From: Actinomycetota bacterium
GTDB lineage: Bacteria > Actinomycetota > UBA4738 > HRBIN12
Length of the DNA: 64,000 nucleotides
Direction of reading: 5' to 3'
NCBI GenBank assembly: GCA_034667405.1
Contig: JAXDJX010000016.1
Span: forward strand, 8,159 to 72,158
In this document: piece by piece, positions 36,764-48,745 of the stretch
Numbering within the stretch: position 1 is the first letter of the stretch
Layout: every line of letters begins with the position of its first letter
Position numbers and translations under genes: made by a program
Notes under the pieces: generated by a model
Database searches by the model: none
The model's input: only the letters and a program-made list of their open reading frames with translations
What the model was told of the DNA's origin: nothing

Positions 36764-38317
36764 TCAGTGACGCAGGATGTGTCCGGCTCGTTCCCCCAGA
36801 CCACCGTCATCCACCGCCACACGCCCGTTGACGACGACGAGATCGATCCCCTTCGGGAAGGCATGCGGCGCACCGAACTCCGCGGTGTCGTCCACCCGGT
36901 CCGCGTCGAACACCACCAGGTCGGCGAACGCTCCTTCCTGGATGAGGCCGCGCCCGGTGAGGCCGAACCGCCTCGCCGGCAGCGAGGTCATCTTCGCGAC
37001 GGCGGTCTCGAGCGACAGCACCCCGTCGCGGACGTAGCGTCCAAGGACCCGCGGAAACGTCCCGTAGTTCCGTGGGTGGACGGGCTGTGTGCCGAGAGGA
37101 CCGTCGGGACTCATCGCGATCGCGTCGCTCGCTACCATCACCTCCGGGTCCGCGAGGATCGTGCGCACGTCGTCTTCATGCATGGCGTGCCCGATGCATC
37201 CCGTCTCCGCCCGCGCATCCAGCAACCGCACGAACATGTCGAACGGCTCGCATGCGGCATCCTCGGCGAGCGCCGCGATGCTCCGGCTGTCCCAGGTCGG
37301 GTCCGCGCTTGCTTCGACGACGATGCTGTCCCACCCAACACCGTTGATGCTCGACTGGAAACCCGGTTCGCCATCTTCAACAGCGGTGCGGAGCCGGGTC
37401 GGTTCCGCGGCTGCGATAGCCGCCACGCGGTCGACGGGAGCCCACGGGGGCAGGAGCGAGGAGAGGATGGATTCCCACGCGGTGTACGGATACTGATCGG
37501 CCGTCACATCGTCGGCGCCATGAAGTGTTGCCAACAACTCTCCGGCGCGTCCCCACATGCCGCGGGTCTCGCATTTGAGGTGGCTGATGTGCGCGGGGAG
37601 CCCGGCTTCTCTCGCCACTCGTATCGCCTCATCAACCGCCGCGAAGAGCGGGTGGCCTTCGCCACGGATATGGCTCGCGTAGACGCCGCCCCGGTCTGCG
37701 ACTTCACGGGCCAGCGCCACCACTTCCTGGGTCTCCGCGAACATGCCCGGGACGTAGATGAGGCCGGTGGAAAGCCCGACGGCACCGTCATCCACGGCAG
37801 CGGCGACGAGCGCGCGCATGCCGCGGAGTTCGTCCGCGTTCGGTGCGCGTTGCGCGAGCCCCATCACCTCGGCGCGCACGGCGCCGTGTCCAACCAGCGC
37901 GGCGATGTTCACGGCGGGCCTGCAGGCCTGCATCGCGTCCATCCACTTCCCGAACGATGGCCACCCGACCGGCAGGGACGGCTCGCCCACCATCTCGGCG
38001 CACTCGAGCGCGCCGGCGTTCGGCCACGGCGAGATCCCGCAGTTCCCGACCACGACCGTGGTGACACCTTGATGCACCGTGCTCGCGAAGCCCGGTTCGA
38101 CCATGGGGGCCAGGTCGGAATGATTGTGGACGTCGATGGATCCGGGAGCGAGCACCGACGCGCCAGCATCCACCACGCGAGCGGCGTCCTGCGGCGGCAT
38201 CACGTCAGCACGCTCCACCGCGGCGATCCGATCTCCGCGGATCCCGACCCAGCCGTCCCACCCGGGCCGGCCGAGACCGTCGACGATCCGCGCGTTCACG
38301 ATGACGAGGTCGAACAC
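36764..38317 (-). CDS. N-acyl-D-amino-acid deacylase (amidohydrolase family)
   Basis: IDVHNHSD, GVTTVVVGNCG, STGLIY.PG, HISHLK, HPRNYGTFPRVLG; GTG 38317 lies 7 nt after TAACAT. Confidence 0.92.
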   Translation of the reverse strand: MFDLVIVNARIVDGLGRPGWDGWVGIRGDRIAAVERADVMPPQDAARVVDAGASVLAPGSIDVHNHSDLAPMVEPGFASTVHQGVTTVVVGNCGISPWPNAGALECAEMVGEPSLPVGWPSFGKWMDAMQACRPAVNIAALVGHGAVRAEVMGLAQRAPNADELRGMRALVAAAVDDGAVGLSTGLIYVPGMFAETQEVVALAREVADRGGVYASHIRGEGHPLFAAVDEAIRVAREAGLPAHISHLKCETRGMWGRAGELLATLHGADDVTADQYPYTAWESILSSLLPPWAPVDRVAAIAAAEPTRLRTAVEDGEPGFQSSINGVGWDSIVVEASADPTWDSRSIAALAEDAACEPFDMFVRLLDARAETGCIGHAMHEDDVRTILADPEVMVASDAIAMSPDGPLGTQPVHPRNYGTFPRVLGRYVRDGVLSLETAVAKMTSLPARRFGLTGRGLIQEGAFADLVVFDADRVDDTAEFGAPHAFPKGIDLVVVNGRVAVDDGGLGERAGHILRH

Positions 38318-38376
38318 GGGCAGGATGTTATCGGCCGAACGCGTTACGGTGAGGGCCGATCGAGAAGGAGGTCGCG

Positions 38377-38673
38377 ATGGGATTGCTCGACAAGGCGAAG
38401 GACCTGGCATCGAAGGCCGCGGAAGAAGCGCAGAAGGCGGCCGGCGCCGCCAAGGAGAAGGTCGATGACGTCCAGGCCCGACGGAAGGCCGACGACCTGG
38501 CCAAACAGCTCGGCTACCTGATCGTGCGCGAACGCACGGACGGCACGATGGCGGGCGAAGAAGGGGACCGGCTGGTCGCAGAGATCACCGTTATCGAGGC
38601 GTCGCTCGTGGCGGTTCCGGCGACGGACGCCGCGGACATGCCGCCCGCCGAAGGCGACGCTCCGGCCTCCTAG
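38377..38673 (+). CDS. Small hypothetical protein (helical, MGLLDKAK N-terminus)
   Basis: AAGGAGG RBS; coherent composition. Confidence 0.75.
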   Translation: MGLLDKAKDLASKAAEEAQKAAGAAKEKVDDVQARRKADDLAKQLGYLIVRERTDGTMAGEEGDRLVAEITVIEASLVAVPATDAADMPPAEGDAPAS

Positions 38674-40886
38674 CCGCCGGGTAGGAACACGTGGAAGGCC
38701 GCCCCGCCGCCGGGGCGTTCGTCCAGCCACGCCCGGCCCCCGTGCAGCTCCGCGAAGCGCAGCACCAACGAAAGTCCGACCCCCACGCCCGGAGAGTGGC
38801 CGGCCGCGGAGCCGGGTACCTGGCGGAACGGTTCGAACACGGCATCGCGGAGATCGTCGGGCACACCCGGGCCGTCGTCCTCGACGGTGAACAGGACGCC
38901 GCCGTCCTTCGCCTCGGCCGTGAGCCATATGTGCGCACCGGGAGGCGTGTGCCGGAGCGCGTTCGAGAGCAAGTTCTCGATGATCCGTTCGACCTTCGCG
39001 CCATCGATCGACACCGTGACCGGCCGAACGTCGAGCTCCAACTTCCGTCCCTCCGGGATCTCGAGCTCGGCAACGCAGCGTTCGACCAACTCCCGCACAT
39101 CGGTTGGCCGGAGTTGGGGTGAGACGATCCCGCGCTGCAGCCGATCAAGGTCCAAGAGGTCGGACAACAAACGCTCAAGTTTGCGGGCGTTCATCGCGAT
39201 CCGGCGGATCAGGTCGTCCGTGTCATCGCGTGTCAGATCGGGTCCGGCTTGCTCCAGCGTGAGCGCCGATCCCAAGATCGCGGTAAGCGGCGTCCGGAGG
39301 TCGTGCGATACGGCTTCCAAGAACGTGTTCTTCATCTCGTCCAGGTTGCGCAGGCGTTCGCTGGCCTCCTTCTCCCGTCGGAAGGCCTCGGAATACTTCC
39401 GCTCCGATCTGCGAAGCGCCTGTTCGGCGGTCTTGCGTTCGGTGATGTCGACCATGAGTCCGCGGAGCAGGCGGGTGCCCCCTTGTGGAGCGCGAACGGG
39501 GTGGATGAGGTCTCGCATCCATCGAACGGTTCCGTCCTTGGCACGAGCCCGGTACTCCAGGCTCAGATCGGAGACCTCGGCCACCGACCCCAGGAGCGCG
39601 AGCCGCGCACCGGCTCGATCCTGGTCGGCGATGTGATCGCCCCACGCCCGTTCCTCGAGATCGGTTCCCAGGGCGCCCGAGCCCAGCAGCGCGTCGACCC
39701 GGCCGCCCACGAACCGGAACGCCAGGGTGGCGGGGTCCGCCTCCCAGAAGATGGCATCGAGACTCTCGACCAACTCGTGGAAGCGCTCGAGTTCGGTGAT
39801 CCTCCGCGCGTTCCCGAGCGCGAGCGATGCGGTGTCGGCCACGCCGCGGGCAAGTCGTAGATCGGCCGGGCTGAACGTCGCGTCGGGGCTTCGAGCGATG
39901 AGGATGAGCGCTCCGAAACCGTCCGGCTCCCAGTGCAGGGGCGCCACCATGGTTTCCCGGGCGTCCGGGAGGATCCAATGCTCCGGCGGCACCTGTGCGA
40001 CCAGATCCTTCGGGATGATGAACGGCTCGACGTCCGAGACCATCATTGCCGTCGCGAGTTCCGCGCTCACCGCGCCGATCTCGCCAAGGGGTTTGGCCGT
40101 CTCATCGTCGGAGAGGATGCTTTTGGCTCGGAAGTCGCCGGTCGATTCGTCGCGGGTGTACGCGGCGAGCGTGTCGCTCGGCACCAAGGTGCTGACGGTG
40201 GTTAGTGCCTCCGTGAGGATGTCTACAGGGGAGGACATCCCGGTGAGGGCCTGCGACAACCGCAGGAGAGCCGCGGATGTCTCGGCCGCCTCGCGTTCGG
40301 CTTGGAAGAGCTTCGCATTCTCGAAGGCAACCGCAGCCTGGGAGGCGAGCACCTCCAACAGCCGTTGATCGTTCTCGTCGAACTTGCCGAAGCCGAGCGA
40401 GGACAGGACGATCACGCCGACCAGCTTGTCCCCCGCCGTCATCGGCACGGCCAGCATCGATTCGAGGATGTCCTCCGTGCCCTCGATCACGACGGAGTAA
40501 TCGATGAGCCGGGCATCGGCTGTTAGCAACGATTCGCGGCGTTCGGCGACCTGGCCGGTGATGCCCTCGCCCATCAGCGTGACCAGGTCCTCGACGGATT
40601 CGCGTTCGTATTCGGAGAAGAGCGTGCCGTGGAAGGCGACCGGAAGCAGGGTGATGCCATCCGTCTGGAGGAGGTACACCCGGCAGTTGTGATAATCGAT
40701 GATGGTGTGGAGTTCGCCGGTGATGGCGTTGCCGATCTCCCCCACGTCGCTGAGGCTGTTGAGCTTGGCCGCCAGACTGTGGAGCATGTCCAGCTCCGCG
40801 CCAGAGCGCACAGCCTGATCCCGCTGGGGGTGAGGTCGGCTCGCGAGCGCCTCGCCCGCTTCTCCGCCTTCGACCGGTCCGGCCAT
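38670..40886 (-). CDS. Cytoplasmic sensor histidine kinase (GAF-GAF-PAS-HisKA-HATPase_c)
   Basis: GEGITGQVA...SMLAVPM (GAF), EYR...WMRD...VDITERK (PAS/PAC), VSHDLRTPLT, NLLSNA, DDGPGV, GVGVGL; start uncertain (40886 or 40973). Confidence 0.92.
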   Translation of the reverse strand: MAGPVEGGEAGEALASRPHPQRDQAVRSGAELDMLHSLAAKLNSLSDVGEIGNAITGELHTIIDYHNCRVYLLQTDGITLLPVAFHGTLFSEYERESVEDLVTLMGEGITGQVAERRESLLTADARLIDYSVVIEGTEDILESMLAVPMTAGDKLVGVIVLSSLGFGKFDENDQRLLEVLASQAAVAFENAKLFQAEREAAETSAALLRLSQALTGMSSPVDILTEALTTVSTLVPSDTLAAYTRDESTGDFRAKSILSDDETAKPLGEIGAVSAELATAMMVSDVEPFIIPKDLVAQVPPEHWILPDARETMVAPLHWEPDGFGALILIARSPDATFSPADLRLARGVADTASLALGNARRITELERFHELVESLDAIFWEADPATLAFRFVGGRVDALLGSGALGTDLEERAWGDHIADQDRAGARLALLGSVAEVSDLSLEYRARAKDGTVRWMRDLIHPVRAPQGGTRLLRGLMVDITERKTAEQALRRSERKYSEAFRREKEASERLRNLDEMKNTFLEAVSHDLRTPLTAILGSALTLEQAGPDLTRDDTDDLIRRIAMNARKLERLLSDLLDLDRLQRGIVSPQLRPTDVRELVERCVAELEIPEGRKLELDVRPVTVSIDGAKVERIIENLLSNALRHTPPGAHIWLTAEAKDGGVLFTVEDDGPGVPDDLRDAVFEPFRQVPGSAAGHSPGVGVGLSLVLRFAELHGGRAWLDERPGGGAAFHVFLPGG

Positions 40887-41030
40887 CCCGCCCCCTTCTT
40901 GCGGTTCTACGGTGGATTCTCTCACTGGGTCCCGGCGCGCGTTCCTTCGGCAGGCGGCCGCCTCCTCCTTCAAGGTCGGCAGTTCGGCGTAGGTGCTTGA
41001 ACCGTCGGAGGTGGTTGCTAGCCTCGCCCC

Positions 41031-41294
41031 ATGAACCCCACCTCACCCTTGGATCAAGCCGTCCGAGACATCCTGGATTTCGAGCGGGAGTGCTGGAAGC
41101 TCACCATGACGAAAGAGCGGGCGATCCGGGAATGCTTCGGATTCTCCCCCACGCGGTACCACCAGTTACTGAATCGCGCGGTGGACCACCCCTCGGCACT
41201 CGCCTACGACCCGATGCTGGTGCGGCGCCTTCGGCGGCTCCGCGATTCGCGTCGGCGGAGTCGTGTCGCCGACCAGCTCGGCGTCCGTCCCTGA
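41031..41294 (+). CDS. DUF3263 domain protein
   Basis: ILDFER..W...KE.AIR..FG.S.TRYHQ.LN...DPMLVRRLRR. Confidence 0.88.
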   Translation: MNPTSPLDQAVRDILDFERECWKLTMTKERAIRECFGFSPTRYHQLLNRAVDHPSALAYDPMLVRRLRRLRDSRRRSRVADQLGVRP

Positions 41295-41320
41295 GGCGGG
41301 CGGAGCGGTAGGATTGCCCC

Positions 41321-41842
41321 GTGAATCTGGGCACCGCACGGATCATCATCATCCTGGCTCTCGTCGTGGCCGGCGTCGCGGTCCTCACGAACGCCTTCGG
41401 CCCCGGAACGGTTGCCCTCACGCCGCTCGACCCGGGAAGCTCGACCAGCAGCAGCCCAACGGGTTCCACCAGTCCCTCCGTCAGCGCCAGCCATTCCCCC
41501 AAGCCCCTTCCTTCGCCGGAAACCACAGGTGTACTCGTGTCCGTATTCAGCGGCATCAGCGCGCCGGGATGCGCGGCCAAGGTCAACACCATGCTCGTTG
41601 GCGATGGGTACGTCGCGGCGGATCCGGCGGGCGACGCAACCCGCAAGCCCATCGCGAAGACCGTCGTCTACTACCGCATCCCCGATCCTCAGCGTCACAA
41701 CCAGTCTGACGCCATCAACATCGCGAAGACCTACTTCGACTCGGCACACGTGTCGAAGCTTCCGGGGGACTTTCCGGGCGTGGTGAGCGGCCAAGCTCAG
41801 GCCGTCGTCCTCATCGGTGCCGACTACGTCGCGAACTGCTAG
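41321..41842 (+). CDS. LytR C-terminal domain-containing membrane-anchored protein
   Basis: N-terminal TM, Ser/Pro linker, VSVFSG...GCA...GDA...TVVYY...VVLIGADY; follows DUF3263. Confidence 0.8.
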   Translation: MNLGTARIIIILALVVAGVAVLTNAFGPGTVALTPLDPGSSTSSSPTGSTSPSVSASHSPKPLPSPETTGVLVSVFSGISAPGCAAKVNTMLVGDGYVAADPAGDATRKPIAKTVVYYRIPDPQRHNQSDAINIAKTYFDSAHVSKLPGDFPGVVSGQAQAVVLIGADYVANC

Positions 41843-41867
41843 CAGCCCGGCCCGCGGAAGGCCTCGA

Positions 41868-41897
41868 TTGACGTTCGCCGGGTGGTATCCCTAGGCT
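41868..41897 (+). promoter_or_regulatory. Sigma70-type promoter TTGACG-N18-TAGGCT for the Rrf2 gene
   Basis: Seen directly; GGAGG RBS follows. Confidence 0.55.
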
Positions 41898-41914
41898 GAC
41901 CTGCGGAGGAGCAG

Positions 41915-42388
41915 ATGCTCAAGATCTCCCAGAAGCTCGAATACGCCATGCGCGCCATGATCGAACTCGCCCAACGGCGGAGCGAAGGGGTCCTGGTCCC
42001 TGCCCGGGAGATCGCCGAGCGGCAGCAGATCCCGTTGCGTTTCCTGGAGCAGCAGCTCGGGGCGCTCTCGAAGGCGGGACTGGTGGAGAGCTTCCGTGGG
42101 GCCGGGGGAGGGTGCAAGTTGGCGAAGGAGCCGGACACCATCACGGTGGCCCAGATCGCGGACGCCATCGAGGGACAGATGTTCCCGGTGTTCTGCCTGG
42201 AACCCTCGGATCACACGTGCTTCCAGGACTCGAAGTGCGGACTGCAGGGGTTCTGGGGCGATGTGGCCCGCGCCGTAGCTACGGTGTTCGATGAGACGAC
42301 GGTGGCGGACCTCGCGGCCCGCCACCAACGGATGACACCCGGCCGGACCCTGGTCAGTCCGGAATCGCTCTTGTCACGCTTGAACTAG
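41915..42388 (+). CDS. Rrf2-family transcriptional regulator (three Cys, IscR/NsrR-like)
   Basis: EYAMRAM.ELA, LEQ.L..L.KAGLV.S.RG.GGG, C-x7-C-x5-C...W. Confidence 0.92.
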   Translation: MLKISQKLEYAMRAMIELAQRRSEGVLVPAREIAERQQIPLRFLEQQLGALSKAGLVESFRGAGGGCKLAKEPDTITVAQIADAIEGQMFPVFCLEPSDHTCFQDSKCGLQGFWGDVARAVATVFDETTVADLAARHQRMTPGRTLVSPESLLSRLN

Positions 42389-42555
42389 CTCTTACTTCCC
42401 TCTGCCTCAGCTTTGCTGAGGATCCGGGTGAGTTTCGTGCCGCACACGCTGCACAACCCCTGGGCTGCGGGGCGCCCATTCTTCAGGGTCACCACCGAAC
42501 CTTCGAACTTGCGCTTCTCACGGCACTTCATGCAGTACGCCTCGTACTCGGCCAC
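42385..42555 (-). CDS. DUF5679-like small zinc-ribbon protein
   Basis: YCMKCREKR...LKNGRPA..G.CSVCGTKL; AAGGAGG RBS before GTG 42555. Confidence 0.85.
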   Translation of the reverse strand: MAEYEAYCMKCREKRKFEGSVVTLKNGRPAAQGLCSVCGTKLTRILSKAEAEGSKS

Positions 42556-42769
42556 GACTGCCTCCTTCCCCAAGGTCGCGCGGGCGACCGCCCTTGCCGG
42601 GACGCTGCTCCCAGCTTCAAGGCCGCCCGAATGGGCGGCCCCTCCGTGCGATGGTGGCCCCCGCGTAGTCACGATGCAAGCACCTACCGTACGTGAAGGG
42701 TCGCGTGAACGGCCCCTTCCCCCGTACGATGCACCCCGTCGACGACGTTCCCGAGCCCGAGGAGCCCCC

Positions 42770-44731
42770 GTGACCGAGATCGAACCCAACATCGACGCCC
42801 TACTCTCAGAACACCGCGTGTTCGAACCTCCACAGTCGTTCCGGGACACCGCAGTGGTCTCAGACCCCGCCATCTACGATCGCGCGAACGCCGACTACCA
42901 GGCCTTTTGGGCCGAACAGGCCAAAGCCCTCACCTGGTCGAAGCCCTGGGACACCGTGATGGAGTGGACCCCACCCTGGGTCAAGTGGTTCGTTGGAGGG
43001 AAACTCAACGTGTCCGCGAACTGCCTGGACCGCCACCTGGAGGATGGGGGCGGCGACAAGGTGGCCTACCACTGGGAGGGCGAGCCGGGAGACACGCGGA
43101 CCATCACGTATCGGGATCTCTATGAAGAAACCTGCCGATTCGCCAATGCCCTGCGTTCGTTGGGGGTGGGCAAAGGGGACCGGGTTGCCATCTACCTCGG
43201 CATGGTTCCCGAACTCCCCGTCGCGATGCTGGCGTGCGCAAGGATCGGGGCGCCGCACAGCGTGGTGTTCGGCGGATTCAGCGCGGAGGCACTGAAGGAT
43301 CGGATCAACGACGCGCAGGCCAAGATCCTGATCACCGCCGACGGTGCGTGGCGGCGGGGAACCGTGGTCCCACTGAAGGCCAATGCGGACGAAGCGGTGG
43401 AGCAGTGTCCCTCCATCGAGCACGTCATCACCGTTCGCCGAACGGAGAGCGAGCACGCGTTCACGCCGGGCCGCGACCTGTGGTGGCACGACCTCGTGGC
43501 CGACCAGCCGGCGGAATGTGAACCGGAAGAGATGGACGCCGAGGATCTGCTGTACCTCCTCTACACGAGCGGCACCACCGGAAAGCCGAAGGGGATCGTG
43601 CACACCACCGGCGGGTACCTCACGCAGGTGGCGGCGACGCACCGGATGATCTTCGACATCCATGACGACGATGTGTATTGGTGCGCGGCCGACATCGGCT
43701 GGGTGACCGGGCACTCCTACATCGTGTATGGACCGCTCGCGAACCACACGACGAGCGTCATGTACGAAGGCGCGCCCGATCAACCGGACAAGGACCGCCT
43801 GTGGTCGATCGCGGAGAAGTACAAGGCGACGATCCTCTACACCGCGCCCACCGCCATCCGCGCGTTCATGCGATGGGGGACGAACTACCCCGAGCGTCAC
43901 GATCTGTCATCGCTTCGTCTCTTGGGCTCCGTGGGCGAGCCGATCAATCCGGAAGCATGGGTCTGGTACTGGACCTACATCGGTGGCGAACGCTGTCCCG
44001 TCGTGGACACGTGGTGGCAGACCGAAACCGGGGCGATCCTGATCTCGCCGCTCCCCGGCATCACGCCGCTCACGCCCGGCTCTGCCACGTTCCCGTTCCC
44101 CGGGATCGACGCCGATGTGGTGGACGAGAAGGGCGAGTCCGTGCCGCTCGGGGGCGGTGGCTATCTGGTGCTGCGTCATCCGTGGCCCGCCATCAGCCGC
44201 ACCATCTACGGCGATCCCGACCGATACGTTGAGACGTATTTCGGGCGGTTCGGCAACGACGTCTATGTTGCGGGCGACGGCGCGCGCCGGGATGAGGACG
44301 GCGCGTTCTGGCTGATGGGACGCATCGACGACGTCATGAACGTTGCGGGGCACCGGCTCTCCACGTTCGAGATCGAGAGTGCTCTGGTCGACAACCAGAA
44401 AGTTGCAGAGGCAGCTGTGGTCTCACGTCCGGACGAACTCAAGGGCGAGGGCATCGTGGCGTTCGTGACGCTCAAGGGCGACGTGGATGGCGACGCGTCC
44501 ACCGTGAAGGAATTGCGCGACCACGTGGCGAAGATGATCGGTCCCATCGCCAAGCCCGACAACATCATCTTCACGCCGGATCTGCCGAAGACGCGGTCGG
44601 GGAAGATCATGCGCCGGCTGCTCCGTGACGTCGCGCGCGGCAATGTGCTCGGCGACGTGACCACGCTCGCCAACGCAGAGATCGTCGAAGGCATCCGCCA
44701 GCAGGCAGCGGCCAAACCGACCGAGGACTGA
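42770..44731 (+). CDS. acs: Acetyl-CoA synthetase
   Basis: YTSGTTGKPKG, ADIGWVTGHSY, VGEPINPEAW, DTWWQTETG, PKTRSGKIMRR. Confidence 0.97.
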   Translation: MTEIEPNIDALLSEHRVFEPPQSFRDTAVVSDPAIYDRANADYQAFWAEQAKALTWSKPWDTVMEWTPPWVKWFVGGKLNVSANCLDRHLEDGGGDKVAYHWEGEPGDTRTITYRDLYEETCRFANALRSLGVGKGDRVAIYLGMVPELPVAMLACARIGAPHSVVFGGFSAEALKDRINDAQAKILITADGAWRRGTVVPLKANADEAVEQCPSIEHVITVRRTESEHAFTPGRDLWWHDLVADQPAECEPEEMDAEDLLYLLYTSGTTGKPKGIVHTTGGYLTQVAATHRMIFDIHDDDVYWCAADIGWVTGHSYIVYGPLANHTTSVMYEGAPDQPDKDRLWSIAEKYKATILYTAPTAIRAFMRWGTNYPERHDLSSLRLLGSVGEPINPEAWVWYWTYIGGERCPVVDTWWQTETGAILISPLPGITPLTPGSATFPFPGIDADVVDEKGESVPLGGGGYLVLRHPWPAISRTIYGDPDRYVETYFGRFGNDVYVAGDGARRDEDGAFWLMGRIDDVMNVAGHRLSTFEIESALVDNQKVAEAAVVSRPDELKGEGIVAFVTLKGDVDGDASTVKELRDHVAKMIGPIAKPDNIIFTPDLPKTRSGKIMRRLLRDVARGNVLGDVTTLANAEIVEGIRQQAAAKPTED

Positions 44732-44733
44732 CC

Positions 44734-45129
44734 GTGTTCACCGACGCCGAGCGAGCGTTCGTCGAGCCGCGGCCGGTTGCGCGCGTGGCGACCGTGCAGC
44801 CGGACGGTTCGCCGCATGTCGTTCCGGTCTGTCCCGTGGTCGTCGGAGACCGTGTCATCTTCGAGTCCGGCGCGGGGACGGCCAAGACGCGCAACCTCGC
44901 GGCGGATGCGCGCGTCGCCATCTGCTGGGACGAGTACCTGGACGATTGGGACGCGCTCGCGCAGGTCGTGGGGTTCGGGCGGGCGCGGGTGCTCACAGGA
45001 GACGAGCGAGCACGGGCCGCCGCGCTCCTGGTGCAGACGTTTCCACAATTCTTGACTCAGTCCACGTTCGACGAGCACGACATGGTGGTGGAGGTGGCGA
45101 TCGAGCGCGTCTCTAGTTGGGGCGTGTGA
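44734..45129 (+). CDS. Pyridoxamine 5'-phosphate oxidase-family (PPOX / possibly F420-binding) protein
   Basis: VARVATVQPDGSPHVVPV, KTRNL..D.RV, C-terminal SWG. Confidence 0.85.
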   Translation: MFTDAERAFVEPRPVARVATVQPDGSPHVVPVCPVVVGDRVIFESGAGTAKTRNLAADARVAICWDEYLDDWDALAQVVGFGRARVLTGDERARAAALLVQTFPQFLTQSTFDEHDMVVEVAIERVSSWGV

Positions 45130-45136
45130 GCGCCTC

Positions 45137-46912
45137 TCAGACGTGTCGCTTCAGGAAGTCGAGGATCAGTTCGACGTGCCGGATCTGTTCGGCGGCATCG
45201 TTCGCGTGGTGGCCTCCTGGGTAGGTGTGCACGTCGACCTCTTTGCCGAGACGTTTGAGCGCGTGCGCGTACACCATCACCTGACCCAACGGGCATCGGC
45301 TGTCGTGCTCGCCGGCGATCATCAACGTGGGCGCGACGACGTGTTCGACATAGGTCATGGGATTGCGCTCGTGATAGAGCTCGGGAAGATCCATCGGTGA
45401 GCCACCCATGACGGAGAGGTCCCATGCGCGAAGGGCCGGCGCCGATTCGTAGTGGGCGGCAACGTAATCGCCGGCGGGGATGCCCGCCACCACGGCTCGC
45501 CACCGTTCGGGATGGATACCGGCATTGAGGTTCGCGAGGTAGCCGCCCCAGGACCACCCTTCGATGGCCACGCGCGCGGGATCGGCGATCCCTTCCAAGA
45601 TGATCTGATCCAGCGCCGCGATGAGGTCCTCGGACTCGACGAACCCGATGTTTGCGTGGATGGCTTCGCGGTGAGCACGGTCCGAGCCCGTCGAACCTCG
45701 GTAGTTCACCAACAGGACGGCGTACCCATCGTCGACGTAGGCCTGGGTCCTGGGATCCCATCCGTCCGTGTGGTGCGACTCGGGTCCGCCATGCACCGAA
45801 ACCACAGTGGGGAACGGACCGTCCCCGTCCGGCGTGACCACGTACGCGCCGATCCGATCGCCGTGTGTGTTCGTTACCTCCATGGCTCGGAACGGGTGGC
45901 CGTCGGGGGCGTGGCCGGGGATCGACACGACGACGTCGCCGGCGGTGTTCCGGATGCTCGGGGCTCGGGCTCCGGAGTGTCCGCGGTACCAGACCTCGCC
46001 GTCGGGTCGGACGCGAGCGTCGGACAGGGTCCCGGCGACACGCAGCAGCTGCGTCGATGCCTCGCCGGCGGGATCCATAACGAGGAGTTCCTGCTCACCG
46101 ATGGTCTCGTGATGCAGGAGCACCCGGATGCCGTCCGGCATCCAATCGAGCGGCGTGACGGGACCCCGGAACTCACCGAGCGGGATATCGGTCCTGGCCC
46201 CTGTGGCGGCGTCCCAGATCGCCGGGCGGTCCATCCCGTCGCGTTCGTGGACGATGAGGAGGCGTTGATCGCCCGGGATGGGGGACCACGCCGCGGGACC
46301 CAAGAAGCAGCCCGGGTCGGCCTCCTCCGCTACGGTCTTTCCGGTTCGCGCATCGATGACGCGGAGGCCCTGATGCATGATGTCGCCCTGTTCGGCGTGG
46401 CGGATACAGACCAGGGTTCCGTCGGCCGATAGACCGCCCGCTCCTTGCGGGAACTCACGTCCGACGCCCGCCGGATGGGCGTTCCGGTAGATCTCGCGTG
46501 GCTCCCCATCTCCGTGCCGTGTGTACACCACGTAATCCTCGTCGGTGGCGAATCCCACGCCGACGGCGTCGCCCGCGAACGAGATCCCCATCATCCAGGC
46601 ATCGGGAAGTTCCGGGAACAGCGGGACCGCCGTGCCGCCGGCGAACGGCGTGACCATCCAGTGGCCGTGTTCGTCGCCCAGGAGGTCCAACCACCAGAGG
46701 ACCCCGCTGCCGTCGGGCAGCATGTGGACCTCCTCTGCGCCGACCCCGGCCGTGGAGACACGGCGGCGTTCCCCGGTTCCCAGGTCCCAGCTCCATGCTT
46801 GCGTCGACCCGTCCTCGGTCGAGACCACCGCGAGATGGCCGGGAGCGCCGGCCGCCCACGCGACCTGCTGGATGTTCGGCGTTGAGAATCGCTGCCTCCA
46901 GGTGTCAGACAT
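45137..46912 (-). CDS. S9 (prolyl oligopeptidase-family) peptidase
   Basis: HGGP, NYRGSTG, GWSWGG, DSRCP, GGHH; ATG 46912 lies 7 nt after TACGAT. Confidence 0.92.
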   Translation of the reverse strand: MSDTWRQRFSTPNIQQVAWAAGAPGHLAVVSTEDGSTQAWSWDLGTGERRRVSTAGVGAEEVHMLPDGSGVLWWLDLLGDEHGHWMVTPFAGGTAVPLFPELPDAWMMGISFAGDAVGVGFATDEDYVVYTRHGDGEPREIYRNAHPAGVGREFPQGAGGLSADGTLVCIRHAEQGDIMHQGLRVIDARTGKTVAEEADPGCFLGPAAWSPIPGDQRLLIVHERDGMDRPAIWDAATGARTDIPLGEFRGPVTPLDWMPDGIRVLLHHETIGEQELLVMDPAGEASTQLLRVAGTLSDARVRPDGEVWYRGHSGARAPSIRNTAGDVVVSIPGHAPDGHPFRAMEVTNTHGDRIGAYVVTPDGDGPFPTVVSVHGGPESHHTDGWDPRTQAYVDDGYAVLLVNYRGSTGSDRAHREAIHANIGFVESEDLIAALDQIILEGIADPARVAIEGWSWGGYLANLNAGIHPERWRAVVAGIPAGDYVAAHYESAPALRAWDLSVMGGSPMDLPELYHERNPMTYVEHVVAPTLMIAGEHDSRCPLGQVMVYAHALKRLGKEVDVHTYPGGHHANDAAEQIRHVELILDFLKRHV

Positions 46913-46943
46913 GGGCGGAATCGTACGGGCGCCGTAGCGGGGC

Positions 46944-46974
46944 TTGCCACGACCGCCGGGTTTCCCGTTACAAT
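46944..46974 (+). promoter_or_regulatory. groEL promoter (TTGCCA-N19-TACAAT)
   Basis: Strong -10 immediately before the CIRCE; the -35 spacing is long. Confidence 0.55.
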
Positions 46975-46976
46975 CG

Positions 46977-48678
<1,702 letters not shown>

Positions 48679-48702
48679 GTCCAGCGGCATCTCGCGCACG
48701 GT

Positions 48703-48731
48703 CGAACGGGGCCCCTTCGGGGCCCCGTTCG
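48703..48731 (+). terminator. GC-rich hairpin terminator after groEL
   Basis: CGAACGGGGCCCC-TTC-GGGGCCCCGTTCG, perfect 13-bp stem; weak U-tract. Confidence 0.8.
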
Positions 48732-48745
48732 CGTTCTCCCACCGG

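Noticed and set aside
42556-42769. Possible CRP/GlxR site or riboswitch upstream of acs
   Set aside because: No convincing TGTGA-N6-TCACA match or recognisable aptamer; only a -10-like TACGAT and a weak hairpin.
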